From positions 1 through 53,696 of the forward strand of contig JABIHA010000149.1 in NCBI GenBank assembly GCA_018649885.1: DNA of 53,696 nucleotides. Reading direction: 5' to 3'. Position numbers and translations under genes: made by a program. Source of the DNA: Bacteriovoracaceae bacterium (GTDB lineage: Bacteria > Bdellovibrionota > Bacteriovoracia > Bacteriovoracales > Bacteriovoracaceae). The first letter of the stretch is position 1. Each line of letters starts with the position of its first letter. Positions 1-10,283 of this stretch are shown here, piece by piece. Below the pieces are notes generated by a model. It searched no databases, had not been told where the DNA came from, and worked only from the letters and a program-made list of their open reading frames with translations.

Positions 1-135
1 TGAGATACTGTTGATGAGTCATACGTTTTTCCTTTGTTAAAATTGTTCTGTAGTAATTACAATTTTAACTGAAGACGTATGACTCAAAATTAAAAGGCAA
101 TTTTAGTCAGGTGTTGTAAACGCGACTCGTGTTAC
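1..135 (-). mobile_element. Probable left end of an IS element reading leftwards out of the window; ORF start MTHQQYL at 22
   Basis: Minus-strand ATG at 22 with AAAGGA SD (35-30). SD and ATG lie within nested inverted repeats 15-26/75-86 and 36-46/59-69. Minus strand from 135 begins GTAACACGAG (GTAA termini are typical of IS66). The coiled-coil frame of the next gene breaks off here. Confidence 0.45.
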
Positions 136-1104
136 TTCCAGCTAAAGGGACTTAAGAATAAACTTGGAGGTCTTCAAAGTGAAAACCAGGGCCTTAAATC
201 TGGACTTTCTAAGGCAAACGGGAAAATTAAGGGTCTTAATGGGAAACTAGGACAGGCTCAAAGTGGTTTAGATGGGGCCCTCAGTGAGTTGGGTGGACTA
301 AAAAATCGTGCTTCAGGTCTTTCCAGTGAAAACTCAAAGCTTAATGGGAAAAATGAGACTCTAAATTCTAAGCTTCAAAAATCAAACAATAGTTACCAGT
401 TGTGTCTCACTGAAAAAGAAAATATTGGGAGTAAAAATAAGGAAATCGAGAAAAAAATCGGTAAACTTGGAAGAGGTATTGCCTCAGTGAAAAATAGAAT
501 GAGGAGCCATATAGGAGATATAATAGCCGGGAAGTTAAAAGGGGCTGATCTCAATATAAAGGTAGATAGAAAAACAGGATCAATTATATTATTAATGGGG
601 GATGGACTGCTTTTTAAAAGAAATAGTGCTGTATTAAATAGAAAGGCAAAGCATGCTCTGAGAAAAATAATTCCAATTTACGCTGATGCACTATTCAAAG
701 AAAGATGGATAGAGAAAAATATTCAAGAAATTCAAATAGTGGGTCACTCAAGCCCTACATATAAACAAAACTATGTTGATCCTAAAGATCGATTCACACA
801 AGCCTTTTCTTATAACCTCGATCTTTCCACAAGAAGGTCACTAGAAATAGTCAAATTTATATTTAGTAACGATTTTGAAGAGTTTCCATATTCTCTAGAT
901 TTTAGGCAAAAAGTTGGCGCTACAGGAAAAGGCTATTCTGTTCCCATTCAAAAGGCACGCGGAGTTGCATCAGTCGATCAATCATCTGATGAATATGACT
1001 GTGGAATATATGACTGTAAACAATCAAGACGTGTTGAAATAAAATTTTTACTTAAAGATAATGAAAAAGCATATAAAAACTTAATTAACTTACAAAAGGA
1101 CTGA
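136..1104 (+). pseudogene. 5'-truncated OmpA/MotB-family protein (Gly-rich coiled coil plus peptidoglycan-binding OmpA-like domain)
   Basis: Frame is open upstream of the track start at 289 (FQLKGLKNKLGGLQSENQGLKSG…) with no proper start codon or TM anchor. C-terminus has LLF…SA.L, IVGHS, NLDLSTRR and SRRVEI motifs. Confidence 0.65.
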
Positions 1105-1107
1105 GTT

Positions 1108-2010
1108 GTGTTGGATTTAGCATTTAATTTTTTCTCCACATACCTTATTGAGATTATGGGGGGGATATTACTATTTGCCCTCGGGCTTCGAGTTGCTATT
1201 TTTAAAAGTAGTAAGGTTGCTGACTCCTATTTTTCAACTTTTACAAGAGAAATTGATAAGGTTCTAGCTCGATATCAAAATGGTGATGAAAATATTGGCG
1301 ATGTTGATGCTTTTCTAAATGATCTTTTTTCTGGAATTGAAGAGAAGCTTCCGAAAAAGAGCGTACGCCACAAGTCTTCTGGCTTGACAAAGAGTAAAGT
1401 TGAAGAGTTGGGAGCCAGAAACGTTGTATCATTTCGAGACTTTGCTCAGAGTGAAGACCGGTTTTTACACAGTCTTCAAAATGAGAGTGGTATTTTTAAA
1501 AGTACTTTTCCTCCAAACTTTGATGATGTTGCTGATAGAATTTTAGAACAAGATAATAACTGGAATAAATTATTTAAATTTTTACCTATTGAGGCGCTTA
1601 ATAGATTTATTGATGTATTACCTGGCATTTTTGTTGTGCTGGGTATCTTTGGTACTTTTATTGGAATAAGTATGGCCTTGCCTGGCATTGCAACCATCGA
1701 TTTTAGTAATATTGAAGGTTCCGGTGGTGTTCTTTCAAGCTTCGTATTAAATGTAACTTTTGCAATGAAAACATCTATAGCAGGTATTCTTTTTTCGCTT
1801 ATTATGACTTTTCTAAATACACTTGCTCCCGTTCACTCATTGAGGGATAGAGCATTTAAAAGAATTTCCAATTGTTTTGAAAATATTTGGCACACGATTC
1901 ATGGCGAAAGTAAGTCAGAGGATCAAATTGATGAGGTATTGAATCAATTTAAGCTTTTGAGAAGGGCCTTAGTTGAAAATAATAAGAATCACGTCAAAAA
2001 AGCAGGGTGA
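1108..2010 (+). CDS. MotA/TolQ/ExbB proton-channel family protein
   Basis: N-terminal TM segment; LPGIFVVLGIFGTFIGI and FAMKTSIAGI channel helices. Confidence 0.75.
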   Translation: MLDLAFNFFSTYLIEIMGGILLFALGLRVAIFKSSKVADSYFSTFTREIDKVLARYQNGDENIGDVDAFLNDLFSGIEEKLPKKSVRHKSSGLTKSKVEELGARNVVSFRDFAQSEDRFLHSLQNESGIFKSTFPPNFDDVADRILEQDNNWNKLFKFLPIEALNRFIDVLPGIFVVLGIFGTFIGISMALPGIATIDFSNIEGSGGVLSSFVLNVTFAMKTSIAGILFSLIMTFLNTLAPVHSLRDRAFKRISNCFENIWHTIHGESKSEDQIDEVLNQFKLLRRALVENNKNHVKKAG

Positions 2011-2016
2011 TAGGCA

Positions 2017-2466
2017 ATGTCAATTGTTGAGGTTGTTAAAGGCTGTCCATTATTTTATGAACTATATGATGATGAGATTCTAGATATTATCAAAAGATGT
2101 GTTGTGGCCCAATATAATGAAGGTGACTTCATTATAAAGCAGGGTGCTATAGGAACCGATATTTTTGTTATTCTTAGTGGAGAGGTAGACGTAACGGTTG
2201 ATACTAATGACGGACAAAAGAAAATAACAAGTTTAAAATCAGGAGACCTATTTGGTGAGTTAGTTCTAATTAATGAAACGAAGAGAACTGCAAATATTGT
2301 TTGCTGTGAGAGTTCAAAAATTTTGGTAATTTCTTATAAAGATTTTTACTCTTACTATCAGAAAAAACCCAAGATTTTTTCTATACTTGTGCTAAATGTA
2401 ACAAGATTGTTAACGAAGCGTCTTAAAAATGCTAATTTAATAATTCAAGAATTAAAATCTGTTTAA
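2017..2466 (+). CDS. Stand-alone cyclic nucleotide-binding domain protein
   Basis: IIKQG…FVILSGEV, GDLFGEL…RTANI motifs; no HTH. Confidence 0.85.
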   Translation: MSIVEVVKGCPLFYELYDDEILDIIKRCVVAQYNEGDFIIKQGAIGTDIFVILSGEVDVTVDTNDGQKKITSLKSGDLFGELVLINETKRTANIVCCESSKILVISYKDFYSYYQKKPKIFSILVLNVTRLLTKRLKNANLIIQELKSV

Positions 2467-4994
2467 AATGAGACCCCACCACCAATAGTTCCACCATATT
2501 GATCAAAGTTGGTATCAGTATCGATACTATTTTGGAATTTTGTTCTAGAGAAATCACCTCCAAGCATTGAAAATACCCACGGTGTAAAGTTGTAATATAG
2601 GGCATAGGTCGCTCCATAGGTCATATAGGTGCCATAGCTGAAAAAGGCTTCAAACTGCTGTGTAAAGGTTTCAGTAGCAAAATGGTCTAAGGATAGCTTT
2701 GTCCCTCCACCATAGTAATTTTCCTCTAAAATAACTGGCGATGTTGAGCCCCCGAGGCTTGTGATTTTGGCCCAATTTCCTAAAATATGAAAATTCATTA
2801 GTAGTGTGTCTTCAAACTTGAAACTATATGCGACACTTAGGTGAGTGTTTATGAGCTTTACATCAATCTCTGAGAATGCAGACTTTCTTGAGTCAGACTT
2901 TGTATCTAGAGTATTCCAAATCTTTCCATAGGTTTGCTTGTGTGCGGCTTCAATTTTTACTGGTTCATTAAAATATACTTCAAAATCACCCATGAAACTT
3001 TTAAAAGTATTCCTCTTAGTTGTCCCTTCTGTTCTTTGTTTTGTAACAAAGTGATAGTTAATGAACCCCGGGTTATAGGAAAGGGCCACTCTTGATTTTA
3101 TATATTTAATGCCATCAGGCTCTTTCATATCATCAGCAGAAGCTGTACTTTCAGCTCTATCTGAAAACATATTTACTACTGCTGTTGGTTGTTTGTTCAA
3201 ATTCTCTATTCTTCCCCGAACTTTCTTTTCTTTTTTAGCTATAACAAGTTTTGGAGGAGACTTGGTTTTAACAAAAAATGGAATAGAATGAGTGAACTCT
3301 GAGATGTGCCCCGATTCAGAAGCATATTTAATTCTCCAAAAATAATCTGATGACTTATCATCTGGCTCCCACGCTACTGAATTGTCACTCGTCGTTTCAT
3401 CAAATTCTAGTTCATCAAACTCTGGAGATTTTGAAATTTGAATATGATACTCACCAACTCTTTCATTTTTCTCCCATTGAATATTTATCTGGTCGCCATT
3501 TTTTATTTCACAAAATTCATTCTCCATCGGGTATTGGTAATTAGGTACTCTTGGTGCCAAGCTTATTTTTAATACATCAGAAAATGGGCCTTTTTGATTT
3601 TTGTAATTAGATTTTTCTCTCACCTTGATATAGTATTCCCCCCACTCAGAATTAAGTATTTCAGTACTTGCTCCTTCTACATCTTTAATACTTAGAATTT
3701 CTTCAAAATTGGGATCTTTAGCGAGGTGAAGCTCATACGGTGAGTCACTTGAACCACCCCAGCTAATATCAATCTGCTCGCCAATATCTTTTGGAGTTTG
3801 AGAGCCCGCAATTGGTAGAATAAAAATTGGTTTTTGTAATTCGATATCCGAATTTTGAACTTTATAGTGATTAAAATTACTCCACCTTGGATTTGGCCAC
3901 TCTAGTGAATCAACACGAACTCGCCATCTAAAAGTGCCAAGGTTGTGGATTTTGAGAGCGTACTTATTATTTGAAATCAGGTCATGTTTTACAAGATCCC
4001 ATCCCTGTGTTGATTTTTGATATATTTCTAACTCATATTTTACTTTTTTTATTTGTTGCCAATTTAAGAAAGAACTTTTGATGAGGTTTCGATTATAAAC
4101 CTTGTAATCTTGAGGGGTAAATAGATTTAATCGTTTATTTTTCTTAACAGTGAAATAACTAGTGGGGCCATAAGAAATTTTACTTCCTTTCTTGCTTTTG
4201 ACTCGCCAGTAAAGAGTTCCTTGTGGCAAATCATATACAATTACAGATGTTTTTTTTATTGGAGATGAATAGAATACATCTTTGAACTTAGCATCTTTTG
4301 CTATTGCTAAGTGATAGTTTAAAACACTATCTTTGTCTTTCCATTTGAATTCAACATTGTTTTCTTTACGCAGATGAGTTGTTGAGGATAGTTTTGGAGT
4401 AATTGGCTTTAATGTATACTTTGAGATAACTTGGCTTTTAAGATCTACGAATTGATCTTTTTCAATTGTGCTTTTCCTTCCCTCTTTATCTAAAATAATA
4501 AAGCCCTTATTAACTTGGATTTTTCCATTTTCAAGTTGAACCTCAGTATCCTTTCCCCCCGCTCTTATTCGTGTTTTTCCTGAGACGATAACAAGGTCTG
4601 ACTTTGCTCCCAGCTTGGCTATCGTAAGCCCTTCAATGATATTTAGATTTAAGCTTTCACCAACATGCTGAAGCTTAATGAGCGAGCTTGGTGACATAGA
4701 GATCTTTGTATCAACCACAAGATCAAGTGAGGCCGTTGAGTCTTGATTCGTGAAGATATAATCATTAACATAAAGTGTTTCTTGGTTTTCGACTGTTTCC
4801 CAAATAAGGGATCCTTCATGTCTTCTCTTCACTAAATTATTTTTACTTTTTAATTTACCGATGAATTTTTTTTCAATTTTTTCGTTATTAATAAAAAAGT
4901 TTTCTCCAGAAAATAGGACCAATCCACTTCCAAGAAATAGAAGTAGGGAAAGAATTAACCAAATTTTATCAAAGCTTAGTTTGTGGTTTCTCAT
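2463..4994 (-). CDS. Secreted or membrane-anchored protein: FecR-like N-terminus, FN3/Ig-like repeats, C-terminal beta-barrel-like region
   Basis: N-terminal hydrophobic segment; D.IFT..DS.A.L FecR-like motif; repeated Y.L.IAKD..F…YWRV units; ends GGTIGGGVSF. Confidence 0.65.
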   Translation of the reverse strand: MRNHKLSFDKIWLILSLLLFLGSGLVLFSGENFFINNEKIEKKFIGKLKSKNNLVKRRHEGSLIWETVENQETLYVNDYIFTNQDSTASLDLVVDTKISMSPSSLIKLQHVGESLNLNIIEGLTIAKLGAKSDLVIVSGKTRIRAGGKDTEVQLENGKIQVNKGFIILDKEGRKSTIEKDQFVDLKSQVISKYTLKPITPKLSSTTHLRKENNVEFKWKDKDSVLNYHLAIAKDAKFKDVFYSSPIKKTSVIVYDLPQGTLYWRVKSKKGSKISYGPTSYFTVKKNKRLNLFTPQDYKVYNRNLIKSSFLNWQQIKKVKYELEIYQKSTQGWDLVKHDLISNNKYALKIHNLGTFRWRVRVDSLEWPNPRWSNFNHYKVQNSDIELQKPIFILPIAGSQTPKDIGEQIDISWGGSSDSPYELHLAKDPNFEEILSIKDVEGASTEILNSEWGEYYIKVREKSNYKNQKGPFSDVLKISLAPRVPNYQYPMENEFCEIKNGDQINIQWEKNERVGEYHIQISKSPEFDELEFDETTSDNSVAWEPDDKSSDYFWRIKYASESGHISEFTHSIPFFVKTKSPPKLVIAKKEKKVRGRIENLNKQPTAVVNMFSDRAESTASADDMKEPDGIKYIKSRVALSYNPGFINYHFVTKQRTEGTTKRNTFKSFMGDFEVYFNEPVKIEAAHKQTYGKIWNTLDTKSDSRKSAFSEIDVKLINTHLSVAYSFKFEDTLLMNFHILGNWAKITSLGGSTSPVILEENYYGGGTKLSLDHFATETFTQQFEAFFSYGTYMTYGATYALYYNFTPWVFSMLGGDFSRTKFQNSIDTDTNFDQYGGTIGGGVSF

Positions 4995-5162
4995 TATATA
5001 TATTTGTTTTCCTTACCCATATTATACCGAAATTACAGGAAAATGACTCACGGTGGCAGGCTTGACCTAAGTGGTTTTTATTGGTGGAACCCATTATCAA
5101 TAGCTTTATGAGTTAGTATTAAAAAAAGATTAAGGTAGGGTATTAGAAGGTCATGAAAATGG

Positions 5163-5187
5163 CCTGGGAAGCAGTGTGCTTCCCAGG
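5163..5187 (-). terminator. Hairpin downstream of the 1106-aa gene
   Basis: CCTGGGAAGCA-GTG-TGCTTCCCAGG, perfect 11-bp stem just past the stop; short U tract. Confidence 0.55.
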
Positions 5188-5196
5188 TGTAGTTGA

Positions 5197-8100
5197 TTAT
5201 TTTGCTTCTCTAATTCTGTGTATTGATCTGCTTTCAAATGGAAGGAACTCACCATGGATATAAACTTCTGTTCTAAAGTTGTCCTTTCCAAAGTATTCAA
5301 CCATTTCTTTAATTAACTCAGGCTTTCTCATGGTGTTGTTTGCTAACCATACTGAGATCGCTTTTAGTTGTGAACGGTCACGCTTTCTTTTTTGAAATCT
5401 TTTTACCGCTCTTTGAATTTTCTTTCCAGCTTCCTTGTCTGGGCAACCTACCTTTTCAAGTAAGCAGGCAATAACAGGCTCTTGAAAGGTAATATCCATA
5501 TTGGCCGTTACTATTTCCCATCTTTCTTTGTTAAAAGTAGCTGGGTCGAAGATGATGAATTCGTCATCAGCTGCAAGGGTGTTAAATCTTTTAATGTAAC
5601 CGGTTAGCTCGCCATTCCATGTAGAGGGATCATCAATCTCTACAACTATGTTAATTTCAGAATTTGCAATTTCGTCAGTTTGTCCCTTATACTCATTTTT
5701 GGCCTCAGCATGTACTGAGATACTTCCTGCAGTTCTAGAGCGCTCTTTATCTGTGACAAATTCAAGGTAGCGATAGGTATCACCTACAGTATTTGTAAAT
5801 AACCCTTTTGTACCTTCTTTTCTAACAACTCTTGAAGCTCCAAGGAAAGAGGCCCTTGCTTCAGATCCTCGGTAATGCTTAATTTCTTCGCTGATAAAAT
5901 CCAATTCATCAATTCTCTTTTTGTTACCTAGGTGGACAAGGCCCACAAGATCTATTTTATCACTTGGTTTATTTAGGTCGAACTCATAATTTCTAATTGT
6001 AGATTTACCGCCAAATATTCCGTATGAAAGATGCTTCATTTTAAGAAGACCAAAGTATTTTGTAAAAAGTGAAGCTGAAAATTCATAGCCAGGTCCTCTT
6101 TCCATTTTTACATTGACCATTCCGTCTTTGCCTTTAGTTAGCGTTGTTTGTCCAACAACACTTTGTGAGGCATCAACTCCTGCACCAGCACCAATTAACA
6201 TCGGTACCCCAACAGTAATGTCAGCACCTTGCTCAGCGCCTACAATGTCGGCAATTGTTATGGATTCATCTTCTTGCAGTCCAATCTTTTTGTCATCAAG
6301 AACCGAGTTATTAACATATCTTTTCCAATTAAATGGAAGAGCTAGTAGTTTATCCCAGTTACCCCAAAGAGCTTCTTTGTTATGTTCAACAAAATAGCTT
6401 CTTGAAAATTCTCTACCGACAAATGCTTTTCCTTTGGCTTCAACTTCAAATGGAAGCGTTAGAGATTTGATTTTACCACCGACATTTAATCTGATTTGTA
6501 ATGTATCAGTTATTTTTTGGACATTTCTACTAACTAAACGACCATCAATTTTCTCAAATTGTCTGTGAAATTTAAAAGTTACTAGACCAAAGTAAAACTC
6601 TTTTTCATAGGCATCAGTTGTTGTAACAATCCTATTAGGAAGATCAATCGGAATTATCTTTTGAGATAATGACATATTCGAAAGGTCTTGAATCGCAAGA
6701 GCAGCAATACTTGAAAGAGCTCCCATGATGTGAGGTGGAGCATTTACATAGTTCATCGGGTAGCCTTGTTCATAGAAATTCTTAACAAGTTTACCTTTTT
6801 TAACTACTACTTCGCCTTTTTCTTCAATATTAATTTCTCTTGATTCATCTACTTTAAATAGTTCAACAGACCTGTTGTCAGCTGTTTTTGCGCCCACTAG
6901 ATCAAAAGCTTCGACTACTTCATTTCTTCTGTTGATTAACTTTTTAATATAAAGCTCAGCAAGTGGTCTCGGAAGGCCTGAGTAGTACATGATATCTTCA
7001 ATTTGCTTTTGTGTAACTTGAGAAAGTAGTCTAGCGGCCCATTTAATATCAGAGTAGTGACCTACTAGGAATGGGTTTTTCTCTTTTTTACCATTATTGA
7101 TAATGTGGTATCTTTTGTAGTTAAAAGAAATCTTCTTGTGCTTTCCTCTACCGCGAGTTTTAACCCAGCTGTATGGGAACTTATTTGCTTGAAGTCCTTG
7201 TAGTGGAGTTCCTAGAATCTTTCCGATATCATGGATTAATTCTTCTACGTCATAGTCGTCACCATTTTTGATTAACTTAATTTTATTATTATGAGCTTCT
7301 TTTATATCGCCACTACCGATAAAACCTTGTAGTAACATTTGGGCTCTCACTTCTCTTTTTTCCCAGGCACCTAGATCATTCATTTTAAAAGATCCAACTC
7401 TTTCTTCATTTTTGGGTCTGGTCTCTATTGTAGCTTCATAAAAGACAACATAGTATTTACCTTTGTTCTTTCCTTCAGCTGTTTCAAAACCTTCACTTTC
7501 AATAAGCTTGTGTGGTAATTCATCATGAGCTCCAGCATAAAAATCTAGCCACTCATAGATCATTTCATCTTTTTCTTCTTTGCTATCAAAGTATAGTTTT
7601 GGACGTCTCAGGTAGAACATTTCATCTGTTTTAAAACCCATGAGTTGCATGAATCTCATACCGATAAACTCAGCATTTACCTCTTGACCAATTTTAAACT
7701 TCCAAGAAGTTTTTTTCTTTCCATTTTTTGAGTACACTTTCAATTTAGGGTGATGATCAGATTTTTTGACTTTCTTATAGTAGTATTCAGTTGGAAGATC
7801 AGCTTCTTTAACAATTTTTCCGATATCTACTGAACCTACATTTTCAGGCTCAGACCAAAAACTTCCATTTGGTGGATTGAGCTCTGATATATCTTTGCTG
7901 CCACTTTCGTACATTCTGGCCAGCTCTTCTTGTGTGTAATATCTCTTTTCTTCAACATTTACTAAGTTTGAAGGAAGAGGTCTTTTTCCTGCTGCTACTG
8001 GAACAAAGTGTCTTTCAAAAAGTTGTACCGCAAAGACGCCAAGAACTTCTTTGATCATGTGGTATCGGCCTTCTTTTACAAAAGAAGATTCTATTTTTAA

Positions 8101-8517
8101 AATTTTCTTCGCAAGAGATTGGATTTTGATAGGCTCTTTTAGAGCTCTTATATCTTTTGTTAGTTTTAAAACATAATCAGCAACAATCATCAGGTCTTGC
8201 TCAGCCGCTTTTTTGTCTGCTTTCTTGACGGCCTTCTCTTCTTTTTTGGCCTTTGTGATTTGCTCAGAGTAAATTGTTTCCCTTTCGGTGACGCTTAGCT
8301 GATGTCTTCTTCTTTTAATTAATTCTTCGAACTCAGAGATTTTCTTTTCATCAACACTGCGTAGATCATTAGTTAAAAGTCTCTCTGCAATGGTTGCTCT
8401 GAGAGAACTTGAGTTTTCAATTCCTAGTTCATCTTCATGTAAGTTGGCTGAAACCAGACCAATTTGAAGAAATGCTAGTGTCATGGTCACTAGACCGTAC
8501 TTGAGTAGTTTGTGCAT
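5197..8517 (-). CDS. Large secreted protein with atypical protein-kinase-like domain
   Basis: Signal peptide; PKLKV…WKFKIGQE…E, GDIKEAHNN, HDIG; paralogous to 13259..15274. Confidence 0.65.
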   Translation of the reverse strand: MHKLLKYGLVTMTLAFLQIGLVSANLHEDELGIENSSSLRATIAERLLTNDLRSVDEKKISEFEELIKRRRHQLSVTERETIYSEQITKAKKEEKAVKKADKKAAEQDLMIVADYVLKLTKDIRALKEPIKIQSLAKKILKIESSFVKEGRYHMIKEVLGVFAVQLFERHFVPVAAGKRPLPSNLVNVEEKRYYTQEELARMYESGSKDISELNPPNGSFWSEPENVGSVDIGKIVKEADLPTEYYYKKVKKSDHHPKLKVYSKNGKKKTSWKFKIGQEVNAEFIGMRFMQLMGFKTDEMFYLRRPKLYFDSKEEKDEMIYEWLDFYAGAHDELPHKLIESEGFETAEGKNKGKYYVVFYEATIETRPKNEERVGSFKMNDLGAWEKREVRAQMLLQGFIGSGDIKEAHNNKIKLIKNGDDYDVEELIHDIGKILGTPLQGLQANKFPYSWVKTRGRGKHKKISFNYKRYHIINNGKKEKNPFLVGHYSDIKWAARLLSQVTQKQIEDIMYYSGLPRPLAELYIKKLINRRNEVVEAFDLVGAKTADNRSVELFKVDESREINIEEKGEVVVKKGKLVKNFYEQGYPMNYVNAPPHIMGALSSIAALAIQDLSNMSLSQKIIPIDLPNRIVTTTDAYEKEFYFGLVTFKFHRQFEKIDGRLVSRNVQKITDTLQIRLNVGGKIKSLTLPFEVEAKGKAFVGREFSRSYFVEHNKEALWGNWDKLLALPFNWKRYVNNSVLDDKKIGLQEDESITIADIVGAEQGADITVGVPMLIGAGAGVDASQSVVGQTTLTKGKDGMVNVKMERGPGYEFSASLFTKYFGLLKMKHLSYGIFGGKSTIRNYEFDLNKPSDKIDLVGLVHLGNKKRIDELDFISEEIKHYRGSEARASFLGASRVVRKEGTKGLFTNTVGDTYRYLEFVTDKERSRTAGSISVHAEAKNEYKGQTDEIANSEINIVVEIDDPSTWNGELTGYIKRFNTLAADDEFIIFDPATFNKERWEIVTANMDITFQEPVIACLLEKVGCPDKEAGKKIQRAVKRFQKRKRDRSQLKAISVWLANNTMRKPELIKEMVEYFGKDNFRTEVYIHGEFLPFESRSIHRIREAK

Positions 8518-8713
8518 TTTCGTCCCCCATCAGGTAGAAAAAGGTTGATTGTGAATTTGACGCACCATAGCATTTCTCGTGAGTTTGTGTAGTTCTCCTG
8601 TAATTCTTACTTAATTCCCTAACACTTCCTTAACAAAAGTAGTGAGGCAATTACCTAGAATTATAGGCATTTACTGAAGGGGGGGAGCTTTCTAGTTGTT
8701 CGGTAAAGTTGCT

Positions 8714-9703
8714 TTAATAAAGCAACCCTTTAAGAAGAATGTCATTCACTTTTTTAGGAGTGTCGAGTTGAACAAAGTGAGAAGAGTCTGGAATTTTATA
8801 TACATGGACTCCAGGGACATACTTTCCAATGGTTTCAACATAGAGCTCAGCTTGTAAGGCCGAATCTTGCATACCAAAGGTAAAAAAGACGGGGAGTTTA
8901 AAATTCCACACGGGCGGAGCCTGTCTAATCATTTTAATAAAATTGGCCCGGTAGTAATTGATAGATGATCTGGCAGCACTTTTTTGACGCCAGGCCTTAA
9001 TATAGCGGTCTTTGTCAGCATCAGTAATCATCTCTTTATGTACCATAGTAGATGTGAATACTTGCTTGAAGCTTTTCTCATATCCCAATAATCTTTTTCC
9101 AATAAATTCAGGAAGTATTGGAATGTGGAAGAACCAAATATACCAAGACATAGAAAAAACCTGTTTTTTATAGAGAAAAGGTTTTGTGAAAACTTCGTTT
9201 ATTTGCCCGGGATGGGGAACGTTAAATATAAAAAGTCTCTTAAACTTAGCTGGCTTTTTATAGACAGTGTACCAAGAAATGATGGCACCCCAGTCATGTC
9301 CTACTAAATTGACTTTCTCGCCGGGGTGGAGTTTTTCAGAAAGCTCAAGGATGTCTGCCACTACCTTATCTATATTATAGTCTTTTATATGCTTCGGTTT
9401 TTCACTCTTATTGTAGCCTCTCATATCAGGGGCGATCACCTGATATCCAGCCTTTGCTAGGGCCACTATTTGGTTTTTCCAGCCGTACCAGAAGTCAGGG
9501 TAACCATGAAGTAATATGACGGGCTCACCGTCAATGGGGCCTGCTGTGACCACGTGGAGCTTAACGTTTTTTAGAGTTTCTGTTTGATGGGTAACTTGGG
9601 TTTTTTGCCCTGAGAAGTCAGTTATCATCTCGGTTGTTGCTGCTATTAAGGATGTGCACGAAAGCATGAAAGTGATGGTTATGGTGGATAATAGGACTTT
9701 CAA
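8714..9703 (-). CDS. Alpha/beta hydrolase, epoxide hydrolase-like, with signal peptide
   Basis: LHGYPD, APDMRGY, GHDWG (Asp nucleophile), C-terminal SHF. Confidence 0.85.
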   Translation of the reverse strand: MKVLLSTITITFMLSCTSLIAATTEMITDFSGQKTQVTHQTETLKNVKLHVVTAGPIDGEPVILLHGYPDFWYGWKNQIVALAKAGYQVIAPDMRGYNKSEKPKHIKDYNIDKVVADILELSEKLHPGEKVNLVGHDWGAIISWYTVYKKPAKFKRLFIFNVPHPGQINEVFTKPFLYKKQVFSMSWYIWFFHIPILPEFIGKRLLGYEKSFKQVFTSTMVHKEMITDADKDRYIKAWRQKSAARSSINYYRANFIKMIRQAPPVWNFKLPVFFTFGMQDSALQAELYVETIGKYVPGVHVYKIPDSSHFVQLDTPKKVNDILLKGLLY

Positions 9704-9890
9704 TGAGTGCTCCTTGGGGTGGACCCCTATAAAAATTACGTATTGAAGTCTTCTAAATACTGGGGGGGCAGGGGCATGTCAAATTTGGCCCAAATTTCCT
9801 CCAGCTCTCCCTAAAGATTTTTCACTTCTCTTGTTTAATTCCAGTAATTTGATAAACATGGAGGCACACTACCGGAGATTTGTTACCAAA

Positions 9891-10283
9891 ATGAAAGCAA
9901 TACTAATATTGACATTACTCACCATATTAGTTTCTTGCGGAAAGAAGACACAAGAAAATGTAGATAACATGGATCAGAACACTGAGAAGATGGCGTCCCA
10001 AATGGAAGCCTATCAGGATATGTTGCAAGTATATGCCGAGGAAATGGCAATCATTAGAGAATATTTTAAAATAACTACCGGTAGTATTGTTGATTTAAAA
10101 ACTGCTGCTGTTGGTGTTGATGGAACCATGGCCGAATTTTTAGTGATGCTTAGACCTATGGTTGAACTCATGACAAATATTATCGAAGGCGCTGAATCAG
10201 GTGAAGTTGTTGAACCTAAAGTTGATACTGATGAGGTCGATCCAAATGATCTCGAATTTGATGATTGGGGGGATGATGAATAA
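9891..10283 (+). CDS. Hypothetical lipoprotein
   Basis: Start moved to ATG 9891; lipobox LVSC; acidic tail. Confidence 0.7.
   Translation: MKAILILTLLTILVSCGKKTQENVDNMDQNTEKMASQMEAYQDMLQVYAEEMAIIREYFKITTGSIVDLKTAAVGVDGTMAEFLVMLRPMVELMTNIIEGAESGEVVEPKVDTDEVDPNDLEFDDWGDDE

Noticed and set aside
136..2010. Zorya (ZorAB) defence system
   Set aside because: Order is B then A, the MotA-like protein lacks the long ZorA tail, and no ZorC/D/E is visible in the window
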